Assembly (NCBI GenBank): GCA_038214755.1
Contig: JBBQRQ010000023.1
Coordinates: 1-57,008 of the forward strand
DNA from: Verrucomicrobiota bacterium
GTDB taxonomy: Bacteria > Verrucomicrobiota > Verrucomicrobiia > Limisphaerales > CANJXF01
Direction: 5' to 3'
Length of the DNA stretch: 57,008 bases
The notes beneath the pieces were generated by a model. It was given only the letters and a program-made list of their open reading frames with translations. It searched no databases and was not told the origin of the DNA. Of the stretch, positions 9,946 through 18,971 are shown in pieces. The translations under genes and the position numbers were made by a program. The stretch's first letter is position 1. Every line of letters starts with the position of its first letter.

Positions 9946-11937
9946 TCAAACGCCCGCTTCCAATGGTTTGGTTTTAGAGAGCGGAGACGAGACTCTTTCG
10001 TTTTTGAAACTCGCCCAAAATCTCGCCGGCGTAATGGCGAGCAAAATAAGGATCAACTGGCTCGCGATAAATGCCATCAACCACGGAAACGCTTTGTCCA
10101 TGAAACCGTAGGAATGCAAACCGATGCCGAGCATGTTCACGCCGAACCATGAAAAACTCGTGATGACATTTCCGACAACCGCCATGGCCATCAGCCCTCG
10201 CTCTTTCACCAGCCCGCCCCAACGCGCGTGCAACGTGATGGCGCACCAAATCACGATGAGCAACGCGCCGTTTTCCTTCGGATCCCAACCCCAAAACCGG
10301 CCCCACGATTGATCGGCCCAGATGCCACCGAGAATGGTTCCGACAAAACTGAACAGCGTCGCAAAACAAATAATTCCATAAACCATTCGCGTCAGAGCCT
10401 TGGCTGTTTCCGGTGAAAGCGTTCGAGTGAGAAATCCGCGTAAAATATAAATGATCGCCAGCAAACCGGCGATGAACATGGAAGCGTAACCGGTCGTGAT
10501 GACCACGACGTGCGTCGCGAGCCAGATGTTCGTGTCCAAAACGGCCTGCAACATTTCCATCGTGTCGCCGCTCAACGAAAGATGATGCGCGATGATTTGC
10601 GTGACGAATCCGATGAACGCCGCCGCGACCAACCCGATGCCGCCTTTGAAAATGCGTTCCAAAATCATTCCAAGAATCACCGCGCCCCAGCCGATGAAAA
10701 TTGCCGACGAATATAAATTGGTCACGGGCGGCCGGCCTTCGAGATACATGCGAAACACCAGACCGATGGTGTGGATAGAAAACGCGACGAGGATGAGCGC
10801 GAAGGCCGAACGCCGAATCCATTCGTTGAGATTGATCCAATACAAACAGCCGAGCAGAAGTGCCGCGACGTAAATAACCATTGCTTTGTAAAACGGCTCA
10901 ATCTGGTTGAAGAAAAATTCCTGGCGTGCTTTTTTCAATTCGCGCGAAAGAGTGTTGGATTGAAGCCAGCCGCGATACTCGGCGACGCCTCGGTTAAACT
11001 CGGCTGCATCGTTCTTCGCGTAGGCCGTGGCGACTCGCGCCAGAGATTTGAGGGCGGGATGAATCTCATTGGCGCGCATTGATTCCATCAGGACGGTGCC
11101 GATATTTTTCCAGCCATCGCGCCGTTCGCCCGACAACGGCGGGACGGCCAGCGGATAAGCGTAACTTGCCAATTTCTGATAACGCTTGAAGAACGAAGCC
11201 ATCATTTGCAAATCGGTTTCGTCAAATTTTTCTCCGGCTTCGCTCGCCTGCAATGCCACCAACCCGGGCGCGATTCTTTCCTGAAACACTCCGAGTTCGC
11301 GCGCAAAATCCGGCGAACCTTCCGGCTCCAAACTGTTTTTGATGCGATGATACAAAATCATGCTGTCGTAGAGATGCATCAAATCTTTCTGAAAGGGCGT
11401 GCGGGTTTTCGCGCCATCTTCCCGGCCTTTTTCCGATTCTGCGAGACGCCGGGCCTGTTGCTCGACTTCTTCCAAATGATTCGTCAGGTCGTTGAAGGAA
11501 TAATATTCGAGTTTGCCTTTCTCCGCGCCGAGCAGGTTTTCCAAATCAGGATGTTGCGCGCGAAAAATTTTGCGAGTGTCAGCGTCGTCAGGGCGCGTCA
11601 TCGCTTCGAGCAGCCATTCCGTCGGAGAAAGTTTGTTGGTCGTGACCCACCACTTATCGTCCGGGGCTTTGTCGTAGATCCCGGTCAACGATGCAAAAAC
11701 TCCTTTTGCGCCGCTCAGCTTTTGCGGCTCTTTTACTCGCACAATCGATTTGCCGCTCATGCTCAACAACGCGTTGCGCGCGACGGAATCGAAGGGTTGA
11801 ATGCGTCCGCCCAACAAAACGGGGAGACGACCAAACTCTGCCCGATCAAAAGTATCTTTCGATTTCGGCGCGCGCACTGCGGACAAAATCCAAGCTAGGA
11901 AAATCGCGGCCAGAATTCCGGGCAACCATTTTTTCAT
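9946..11937 (-). CDS. ccsA: Cytochrome c biogenesis system II heme-handling protein CcsA/ResC
   Basis: WWD domain GGIWADQSWGRFWGWDPKEN, WLATHV, GLHSYG, multiple TM helices. Confidence 0.93.
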   Translation of the reverse strand: MKKWLPGILAAIFLAWILSAVRAPKSKDTFDRAEFGRLPVLLGGRIQPFDSVARNALLSMSGKSIVRVKEPQKLSGAKGVFASLTGIYDKAPDDKWWVTTNKLSPTEWLLEAMTRPDDADTRKIFRAQHPDLENLLGAEKGKLEYYSFNDLTNHLEEVEQQARRLAESEKGREDGAKTRTPFQKDLMHLYDSMILYHRIKNSLEPEGSPDFARELGVFQERIAPGLVALQASEAGEKFDETDLQMMASFFKRYQKLASYAYPLAVPPLSGERRDGWKNIGTVLMESMRANEIHPALKSLARVATAYAKNDAAEFNRGVAEYRGWLQSNTLSRELKKARQEFFFNQIEPFYKAMVIYVAALLLGCLYWINLNEWIRRSAFALILVAFSIHTIGLVFRMYLEGRPPVTNLYSSAIFIGWGAVILGMILERIFKGGIGLVAAAFIGFVTQIIAHHLSLSGDTMEMLQAVLDTNIWLATHVVVITTGYASMFIAGLLAIIYILRGFLTRTLSPETAKALTRMVYGIICFATLFSFVGTILGGIWADQSWGRFWGWDPKENGALLIVIWCAITLHARWGGLVKERGLMAMAVVGNVITSFSWFGVNMLGIGLHSYGFMDKAFPWLMAFIASQLILILLAITPARFWASFKNERVSSPLSKTKPLEAGV

Positions 11938-13223
11938 AGGCTCCGCCTTTCGTGCGCCACCGCCGCAACGGGAATTTTTTTGCCGGGCGACGAACGCTTT
12001 GCCGCCGGTGACACTTTGCTTTTTTGTTTTTTTCCGAAGCTGACGAGGTGCATTAAAAATTGAGTCAACAACCCTGCGCCGACCAACGTGCAGGCGAGAT
12101 ATGGCGTGATCGCCGCCGGATTTTTTACAACTTGCAGCACAGTAATTTTGTCATTGAATTTATCGAATCCCGCTTGGAAAAAAGTTTCGCCCGCATAGCG
12201 CAACGGATCGTTCATTTTGATCAGCACATCGCGTTCTTCGCCGTGAGCACGGTCGCTCAAATGAATTTTACTGGAAAAATTCTTTGGAGTGAGTGTGCCG
12301 GCGTAAAGGTCGTGGCGAAATTCCAGCAGCGTGACCTGATACGGCTTGTAGTAACGAATCGGGCGCAGCGCAATCTGGTAAGTGTGACCGTTGAACTCAA
12401 AACTTTGCGGCTCGGTCAACGCGCTTCCGAGCAATGTTCCCATTTTTCGACCAAGAGAAAAGTTCCACGGAAATTTCGTAAGCCAGAGGGAAACCGTCCA
12501 ATCTCCAATCGGCCTTTTGTCCGAAACAATTTCCAAAAGCGCTGTCGGTTTATTTTCGTCGTCCATCGTCGCGACCAACGGCGCTGGAGAAAATTGGAGG
12601 CGTTTTCCAATTCCTTCTGTCGCTTTGATATTGTTGGCTGCGAAGATCATCGGCCCGGCCGGTTCTGAATTCTGGAAAAAGTTTTTTACGCGAATGGCAA
12701 ACGGGAGTTTCGGATGATGAATTTCTCCACCTTTGGCGAGAAGCGTTTCGGGAATGGAAACAACTTCATCGTGATCAGGACTGGAAACATCAATGACCGC
12801 GAGTTCGTTGTGGCGGGAATCTTCGCTGTAGTTCCGCGTCTCCCCTTCCGCAAAACGGATGTTGCTCTCCACCTGAAAAAGCTCGGTCAAAAATTGGCCG
12901 AGCAACAACAAAATCAATCCGCCGTGAATGAGAAAAATTCCGGCTTTTTTTTTCGTGAGTTGAAAACGTTTTGCATGCGCGGCGATGAGGTTGATCAAAA
13001 GCAAACCGCCGAGGAGCCAGCCGCCGGGAAAAACCGGGATTTTCCAACTTGCGCCTTTCGGTTGCCAAAAAATAAACAGGCTGCGGAAATATTCCGACTG
13101 CGCGGTATAAAGACCGAGCTTCACTTGCGCGAGCGTGCCGATGAAAACCAACAGCAACGCGAGACTGAGAAGCGCCACGGTCAATCGCAGCGAGCAGAAG
13201 AAACTGATGACGCGGTTAATCAT
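11934..13223 (-). CDS. resB: Cytochrome c biogenesis system II protein ResB/CcsB-like
   Basis: SLRLTV...IGTLAQ, IHGG TM histidine, MNDPLRYAGETFFQ. Start placed at ATG 13223. Confidence 0.85.
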   Translation of the reverse strand: MINRVISFFCSLRLTVALLSLALLLVFIGTLAQVKLGLYTAQSEYFRSLFIFWQPKGASWKIPVFPGGWLLGGLLLINLIAAHAKRFQLTKKKAGIFLIHGGLILLLLGQFLTELFQVESNIRFAEGETRNYSEDSRHNELAVIDVSSPDHDEVVSIPETLLAKGGEIHHPKLPFAIRVKNFFQNSEPAGPMIFAANNIKATEGIGKRLQFSPAPLVATMDDENKPTALLEIVSDKRPIGDWTVSLWLTKFPWNFSLGRKMGTLLGSALTEPQSFEFNGHTYQIALRPIRYYKPYQVTLLEFRHDLYAGTLTPKNFSSKIHLSDRAHGEERDVLIKMNDPLRYAGETFFQAGFDKFNDKITVLQVVKNPAAITPYLACTLVGAGLLTQFLMHLVSFGKKQKSKVSPAAKRSSPGKKIPVAAVAHERRSL

Positions 13224-13244
13224 TTGCGGAATGAAGCTCACTTT

Positions 13245-13371
13245 GTAGCGCAGGTTTCCAACCTGCTGTATCGCCGATTTCCAATCGGCAAGCCATGCGA
13301 ACGCGAGTTGATCCGGCGAACATCCAGCGGGTTGGAAACCCGCGATACAGCAGATTGGAAATCTGCGCTAC
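13245..13371. repeat. GTAG-type REP-like doublet
   Basis: gtagcgcaggtttccaacctgc ... gcagattggaaatctgcgctac, related to the element at 33758-33894. Confidence 0.8.
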
Positions 13372-13525
13372 GGCCCTAAGGCGAAATCCCGGGTTAAGCA
13401 GTTTTCGTCGGGAAAAAGAAAACCGTTGAAACGGTTCGACATTCCGCACGTCACTTTTCACCCAGCTAAAGGAGGGTGCTAATGAGATAACAGCAACCTC
13501 GGCAAATTCTAATTGGGAAAGTATT

Positions 13526-14617
13526 TTAATCATTCGGATAGTGAACGGATTGCACAAATTTCACAAACGCATCTTTCTCCCGGGCGACGGTCGCTTCGTC
13601 ACCCATCAATTTATAGAACCAGATTTTCTCTTTGCGCGGAACCGTGGCGGCGATCAGGTGCGCGGGTTTTCCGGTTTTTGCATCGGTGCCGTTCATGTCC
13701 ACTAGAGTCGCTTTTCCGCCGAGCACGTCAATGGGCGTTGTCAGTTTGGCAACATCGGATTCGGCAACCGGATCAAGCGAAAGCTGCTTGCGCCAGCGAT
13801 TGACGTTCATCAGTAAACTGCCGCCTGAACCCGAAAACGTGGTCACGGAAACTTTTGCTTCGTGATCCGCATCGCCGACGGAAAAACTTTTCAACACCAT
13901 CTCGGAAGGCGGCTTTTCCTGCCAATTCGCCGGGACTTCCCATTTCGGTTCGCCGGAGGAGCCTTCGTTGGGAACTTTTTTAATGTTGGTGCTGACTGGT
14001 TTCGCGGCAACCAGCGCTTCGGCTGGTTTGGCGGCGTTGAAATTAATCGCTTTCAAAAACTCGACGAAGACAGGTTTGTTTTGGGAAACGATTTCTTTGT
14101 CGCCGCGCATTTTGAAAAACCAGCTTGTGCCCTCTCTTTCCAAAACGGCCGCGATGGTTTTCTGTTGAGCGCCGGTGAGTTCGTAAAGTTTTCCGTCCGA
14201 CGCGCCGATGGAAATTTTCTCAGAAACGATTTCGTTCTCGGCAATGGGCGACAAACTGATTTCGTTTCGCCAACGATTCACGTTTCCCAACTCGGTTCCA
14301 GCTCCTCCAGAAAGAGGAACAATGGAAACTTCCGCTTTTTTCTCGCCACTCGTGACCAGAAAATTGCCGACGCGCATCTCGGTCGGCGCTAATTCCTTCC
14401 AGCCCGCCGGAGTTTCCCAATGGATCGTGGAAGCGTTGGGGTTCGCGGAAATTTCATTTTGCGCCATTGCCGGTCGCGCTTCGGCGGGAACTTCTTTCGG
14501 CACGGAATAAACTTTGATTTCTTCTTTGCCGCAGCCAATGAAAATCAAACTCCCTAAAACCGACAACATTCTTTGCGCTGAACGATGGCCTTGATAAAAG
14601 GTAAATTTTTCTCTCAT
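13526..14617 (-). CDS. Putative lipoprotein with two tandem domains, upstream of resB-ccsA
   Basis: Lipobox-like IFIGC and duplicated WxxPxxWxE...NVNRWR...WFxKxxG units. Start uncertain (14617 or 14569). Confidence 0.7.
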   Translation of the reverse strand: MREKFTFYQGHRSAQRMLSVLGSLIFIGCGKEEIKVYSVPKEVPAEARPAMAQNEISANPNASTIHWETPAGWKELAPTEMRVGNFLVTSGEKKAEVSIVPLSGGAGTELGNVNRWRNEISLSPIAENEIVSEKISIGASDGKLYELTGAQQKTIAAVLEREGTSWFFKMRGDKEIVSQNKPVFVEFLKAINFNAAKPAEALVAAKPVSTNIKKVPNEGSSGEPKWEVPANWQEKPPSEMVLKSFSVGDADHEAKVSVTTFSGSGGSLLMNVNRWRKQLSLDPVAESDVAKLTTPIDVLGGKATLVDMNGTDAKTGKPAHLIAATVPRKEKIWFYKLMGDEATVAREKDAFVKFVQSVHYPND

Positions 14618-14685
14618 TACAGAAGTATTAAAACGATTCGGGCAAAAGTTTGAGCACAATCCGGTTAACTCGGACGTGCGATGAG

Positions 14686-15081
14686 TCAGACTTGTTCGAC
14701 TTTGAGTTTTTCGCCAGTTGCTTTTCTTGCCAGATCAAAATGAATATCGCGACAGACCACCGGCAGATCACATCGGATCGCCACCGTTACCACAAAAAGA
14801 TCATTGCGCGGGATGAACAGGCCTTTCGCCCGAAATTGTCGTTCGAGAATCGCCGCCGCCGGCCAGTCATCCGTCTCAAACAGAAAATGATGGCTCATCG
14901 CCAACGCTTGCTGCAAGTCATCCTCTTCATTTGGCTTCACACCGCTCAAAAGTTCAAAATGAATCGGACAAGTGTAAGCAGCGCAATCCGTTTCCAGCAG
15001 GCGGGCCACCCGATGTTTTATTCTGGAATCTCCTTTGGCTCGCAAAAACTGAACCCACGCAGACGAATCAATGAGTCTCAT
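14686..15081 (-). CDS. vapC: VapC-family PIN-domain toxin
   Basis: LIDSSAW, FELLSG, NDL, DIHF acidic PIN residues. Confidence 0.9.
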   Translation of the reverse strand: MRLIDSSAWVQFLRAKGDSRIKHRVARLLETDCAAYTCPIHFELLSGVKPNEEDDLQQALAMSHHFLFETDDWPAAAILERQFRAKGLFIPRNDLFVVTVAIRCDLPVVCRDIHFDLARKATGEKLKVEQV

Positions 15082-15283
15082 ACACGTCACGAGCTTCCAG
15101 TTCCTCGTTCGTCAGCGAATAATCGGTTTTCCCCGCCAGGGCGCGCTCGATGAACGCTCGTTTCTCCTGCATCCGGATGTAATCCGACAACGCCTGGCTC
15201 ACGGCTGGAGATTTCTTCTTTTGTCCGGTCGCCTTTTGAATTTGTTTTAATTCTTTTGCATCAATTTCAACGGTAATTCTCAT
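15068..15283 (-). CDS. vapB: VapB-family antitoxin
   Basis: MRITVEID...TGQKKKSPAVSQAL, overlapping vapC. Confidence 0.8.
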   Translation of the reverse strand: MRITVEIDAKELKQIQKATGQKKKSPAVSQALSDYIRMQEKRAFIERALAGKTDYSLTNEELEARDVYETH

Positions 15284-15339
15284 ACAATGATTTGAGAATA
15301 CGATGCAAAGACAATTCCACAAGTCAGCTTTTCAGAAAG

Positions 15340-15450
15340 TTATTTTCCGACAGCCATGACCTCGCGTGTGATGAAGGCATCCAACTCATTTTCCATTTGA
15401 GAGAAAAAGACTTTCGCAATTTCATCGCGATGTGCCTTCAATTTATCCCA
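15340..15450 (-). pseudogene. Probable HEPN toxin remnant fused to a displaced rho tail
   Basis: WDKLKAHRDEIAKVFFSQMENELDAF follows the MNT gene with no RxxxxH core. It ends MAVGK*, like the rho ending MTVGK*. Confidence 0.4.
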
Positions 15451-15724
15451 CGCGGATGAGTTCATTTTCATCCTTCAGGTAACGGGTGAACGGAGTTTCT
15501 TGATCCAAATCGACCAAATCCACAGTGCGATCAGAAACCTCTCCGGCGCGGGCGGCTGCGTGAAAAAAATTTTGGGCGGGCAAACCGGAAATCGCCAAAT
15601 CCAAATCAGAAGAAACGGACACGCGGCCTCTCGCTGTAGAACCGAAAAGATAAATTTCCCGCGCGCCAGCCGATTTGAGTTCGGCGACAACGCGTTCGAC
15701 ATCTCCATTGATTTCCGGTTGCAT
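15443..15724 (-). CDS. Minimal nucleotidyltransferase (MNT) antitoxin
   Basis: YLFGSTARG...SDLDLAI...VDLVDL. Confidence 0.88.
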   Translation of the reverse strand: MQPEINGDVERVVAELKSAGAREIYLFGSTARGRVSVSSDLDLAISGLPAQNFFHAAARAGEVSDRTVDLVDLDQETPFTRYLKDENELIRVG

Positions 15725-17272
15725 CTATTTTCCGACCGTCATGCCGAGGAGAAACTCGATATTGCTTCCCGTCTTCTTCAGCTTATTCAGCATCAATTCC
15801 ATCGCCTCGACGGGCGGCACTCCGGTGAGAGCGCGGCGCAGCATGACGACTTTGTCGTATTCCTGCGGATGATAAAGCAGCTCTTCTTTGCGTGTGCCGG
15901 ACACCTCGATGTTGATCGATGGGAAAATTCGGCGATCAACCAAATGACGGTCGAGACTGACCTCCATGTTGCCGGTGCCTTTGAATTCTTCAAAAATAAC
16001 TTCGTCCATCCGCGAACCGGTATCGACCAGCGCGGTCGCCATGATCGTGAGTGAGCCACCTTCTTCGATATTCCGTGCCGCGCCGAAAAAGCGTTTCGGT
16101 TTGTGCAATGCATTGGCATCGACACCGCCGGAAAGAATTTTGCCTGAATGCGGTTGCACGGTGTTGTAAGCGCGCGCCAGGCGAGTGATGGAATCGAGCA
16201 AAATGACGACGTCGCGTTTGTGCTCGACCATGCGCTTGGCTTTTTCGATGACCATTTCCGCTACTTGCACATGGCGTTCGGGCGGCTCGTCGAACGTGGA
16301 AGAAATCACTTCCGCGCCTTTGCAACTGCGCTCCATGTCAGTGACTTCTTCGGGCCGCTCGTCGATCAACAAAATAAAGAGATACGATTCGGGATTATTT
16401 TTCAGAATCGCGTTGGCCAGTTTCTGCATCAAAACCGTTTTGCCCGTGCGCGGCGGGGCGACGATCAAGCCGCGTGTTCCCTTTCCAATCGGGCAAACTA
16501 AATCGAGGACGCGCGTGGAAAGCTCATCCGGCGTCGTCTCCAGAATGAAACGCTTGTCCGGGAAGAGCGGCGTGAGATTTTCGAAATGCGTTTTGTCCTT
16601 CGCCTTGTCGGGGTCTTCGCCATCGACTCCTTCCACTTTAAGCAGCGCGAAAAAGCGTTCCTTGTCTTTCGGCGGACGAATTTGTCCGGCGACCAGATTT
16701 CCCGTTTGCAAATCGAATCGCCGAATTTGCGAAGGCGAGACGTAAATATCTTCGGGGCACGGCAAATAATTGAAGCTGCGTGAACGGAGAAATCCAAAAC
16801 CTTCCGGCAAAATTTCCAAAACGCCCTCCGAAAAAAGCACGCCGGCGCGCTCGGCATTTTTCTGGAGGATATGAAAAATAACTTCGTGCTTGCGCATCGT
16901 GCCGAAGTTTTCAATCCCCATGTCGCGGGCCATCTGATTCAACTCCGGCATCGGCATGGCCTGAAGCTTGGCGATGTTCATCGACGCGCCCGGCGCACGG
17001 CGATCCGCTCCACGTTCGCGTGATTCGCGTTTTTGTCCGACCGATTCTTCGCCGTTTTCCTCAACCGGCGTATCTGTCGCAGTCGCTTCGCCATTGTGAG
17101 AGACGTCCGCCATTTCCGGCGGCTGCTTCTCCTCGCGTGAATTCTCCGAAGCGAATTCATCGGCTGAGGCGGATTCAGCCCCGGGCGCGGACTCAATTGC
17201 GGAATCGGAAACTGTTTTTGATTTCGGTTCGCCTTTTATTTTGGGGGCTCGTTTAGTTGCGGCTCTGGGCAT
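15725..17272 (-). CDS. rho: Transcription termination factor Rho
   Basis: [39 protein letters not shown]. Confidence 0.98.
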   Translation of the reverse strand: MPRAATKRAPKIKGEPKSKTVSDSAIESAPGAESASADEFASENSREEKQPPEMADVSHNGEATATDTPVEENGEESVGQKRESRERGADRRAPGASMNIAKLQAMPMPELNQMARDMGIENFGTMRKHEVIFHILQKNAERAGVLFSEGVLEILPEGFGFLRSRSFNYLPCPEDIYVSPSQIRRFDLQTGNLVAGQIRPPKDKERFFALLKVEGVDGEDPDKAKDKTHFENLTPLFPDKRFILETTPDELSTRVLDLVCPIGKGTRGLIVAPPRTGKTVLMQKLANAILKNNPESYLFILLIDERPEEVTDMERSCKGAEVISSTFDEPPERHVQVAEMVIEKAKRMVEHKRDVVILLDSITRLARAYNTVQPHSGKILSGGVDANALHKPKRFFGAARNIEEGGSLTIMATALVDTGSRMDEVIFEEFKGTGNMEVSLDRHLVDRRIFPSINIEVSGTRKEELLYHPQEYDKVVMLRRALTGVPPVEAMELMLNKLKKTGSNIEFLLGMTVGK

Positions 17273-17398
17273 AGTTTTTAAATAGTGAAAGGCAGTGGAA
17301 GGCGCGTGTGCAGGAATTCAACTGCGAATGATTGGATGTTCTAAATTTGGTTTTGTTCAAACTGAAACCGACTTTTCATAGGTGAAAAAAGTTTGGCT

Positions 17399-17473
17399 TC
17401 AATAAGGCAAAGGAAATCTTGCGGTCAGTTCGCGGACACGCTGCCTCACCCCATGAGCGGCGTCAAGGTTCTT
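17399..17473 (-). pseudogene. Orphan copy of the glyA 3' end (24 codons plus stop)
   Basis: Reads [24 protein letters not shown] versus Gly[25 protein letters not shown] (21494-21568); 58/75 nt identical. Confidence 0.92.
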
Positions 17474-17632
17474 AAAACTGATTTTATTTTGAAGGGGATG
17501 GAAAGGTATGAAGGTGCAAGGCGAAGACGCGATCGCTACGACAGAATAAAATTTTATCGGTGTCGATGATTTGTTTTCTCAGGCCAAGACAATAAATCGG
17601 AAGATCGATCGGCAACGTTACAGGTCGCAAGT

Positions 17633-18970
17633 TTACTTCGTCTGGATTTTTTCTGGCGAGATCGGCACTCCGAGATCAGGCGGCTTATTCCACGAGCGAA
17701 CATCATCAAAGTGAAGTGTCTCAACCGTTCCTCGGTGGCAATCCACTTCGACTTCGATCCATTCGGAACGAGGCTTGCCCCCGCCGGGATACACCCATTG
17801 AATCGTCAGCCGTGGAATCGGCGGCATCCCTTTAATCTCGGTGGGCCGGAAAACGTTCGGTTTCCCATCGATGTGCAATCCAGAATGACCGAGCTTCGTC
17901 ACGGTTTGGCGCGCCAGCTCGATGGCTTGTTCTTCCGTGAGTTTCCAGTCGCCGAGATAATCCTTCAGCCGAAACGGGATGTCTTCGCTATCAAAGAAGC
18001 GGCGTGACGAACTGATTTGCGTGATGCCGTTGACGCGATAAACAAACTTCCAATTATTCTTCAAGAACAAGTCCACGTAAGGCGACCCGCCATTGTTACT
18101 GCAATAAAATCGTCTGACCTGTTTGGTCGTAATGGGCAACGGCAAGTCGAGTCCCAGTTTGCGCACCATATCTTCGGCCGCGCGCAAGACTACGGGCACG
18201 AGGCAATAGGCATATTCCGGGTTGATGTCGTTCGTCCATTCGTTCATGCGCCGCCAGGAACGGGCGAGGGGATTAAAGGGGGAGTCTGGCAATTCAGCTG
18301 GCAGGATTTTAACTTTTGGCGGCGGGCGCTGGATGATGGCCAAAGTGGAACTAAATCTAAGTGACGCAATCGTTTTTCGTTGGGCATCCACTTCGATCTG
18401 GGTTGTTGAAATTTTGCTGCGCGGATCCGGCCACATAATTTGGTAATAAGGTATAATATTCGTTCCAATCTGCGGCAAGGGCAGGACGGTTGGTTCTAAA
18501 TTGGCGAACACATCTTCCAGCGAATAGCCGAGTTTTCTGATCGTTTTTCGGGCGAAAGTAATGGCCTCCGCCTGCGTCATTCGAGGAGTCCCGTAAAAGC
18601 TGGGCCGCCGATACAAAGCTTCGTATCCCGAGAAAAACGACTGAGGGCCGATAAAACCGCCCACCCCTTTTTCAAACCAAATAATATAACCATTCGAGAG
18701 TTCGACCGTCCCGCCGATTTCTCCTCTACGATGCTCGAATGGGAATCGTTTGATTTGTTTCATCTCAGGCACTGGGAGATCCAGTTTTTTTGCGAAGCTT
18801 CTAATATGTGGAAAGACGGCCTTCAACACGGCATTGGAATAAACTGGATCCCAAATATTGATCAACTCGCCGCAACAAAGAAAATCAATTTTGAAATCTT
18901 CAGTTTTGTCTTTCGCCGGGAGCGGCAAACTCGTTAACGCCAGAACGGCCAGAATAATCCAAATTTTCAT
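17633..18970 (-). CDS. Secreted hypothetical protein with an internal duplication, PepSY-like segments
   Basis: Signal peptide. Repeats TQAEAITFARKTIRKLG...IEVDAQRKTI and TEEQAIELARQTVTKLG...VEVDCHRGTV. Confidence 0.75.
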   Translation of the reverse strand: MKIWIILAVLALTSLPLPAKDKTEDFKIDFLCCGELINIWDPVYSNAVLKAVFPHIRSFAKKLDLPVPEMKQIKRFPFEHRRGEIGGTVELSNGYIIWFEKGVGGFIGPQSFFSGYEALYRRPSFYGTPRMTQAEAITFARKTIRKLGYSLEDVFANLEPTVLPLPQIGTNIIPYYQIMWPDPRSKISTTQIEVDAQRKTIASLRFSSTLAIIQRPPPKVKILPAELPDSPFNPLARSWRRMNEWTNDINPEYAYCLVPVVLRAAEDMVRKLGLDLPLPITTKQVRRFYCSNNGGSPYVDLFLKNNWKFVYRVNGITQISSSRRFFDSEDIPFRLKDYLGDWKLTEEQAIELARQTVTKLGHSGLHIDGKPNVFRPTEIKGMPPIPRLTIQWVYPGGGKPRSEWIEVEVDCHRGTVETLHFDDVRSWNKPPDLGVPISPEKIQTK

Positions 18971-18971
18971 T

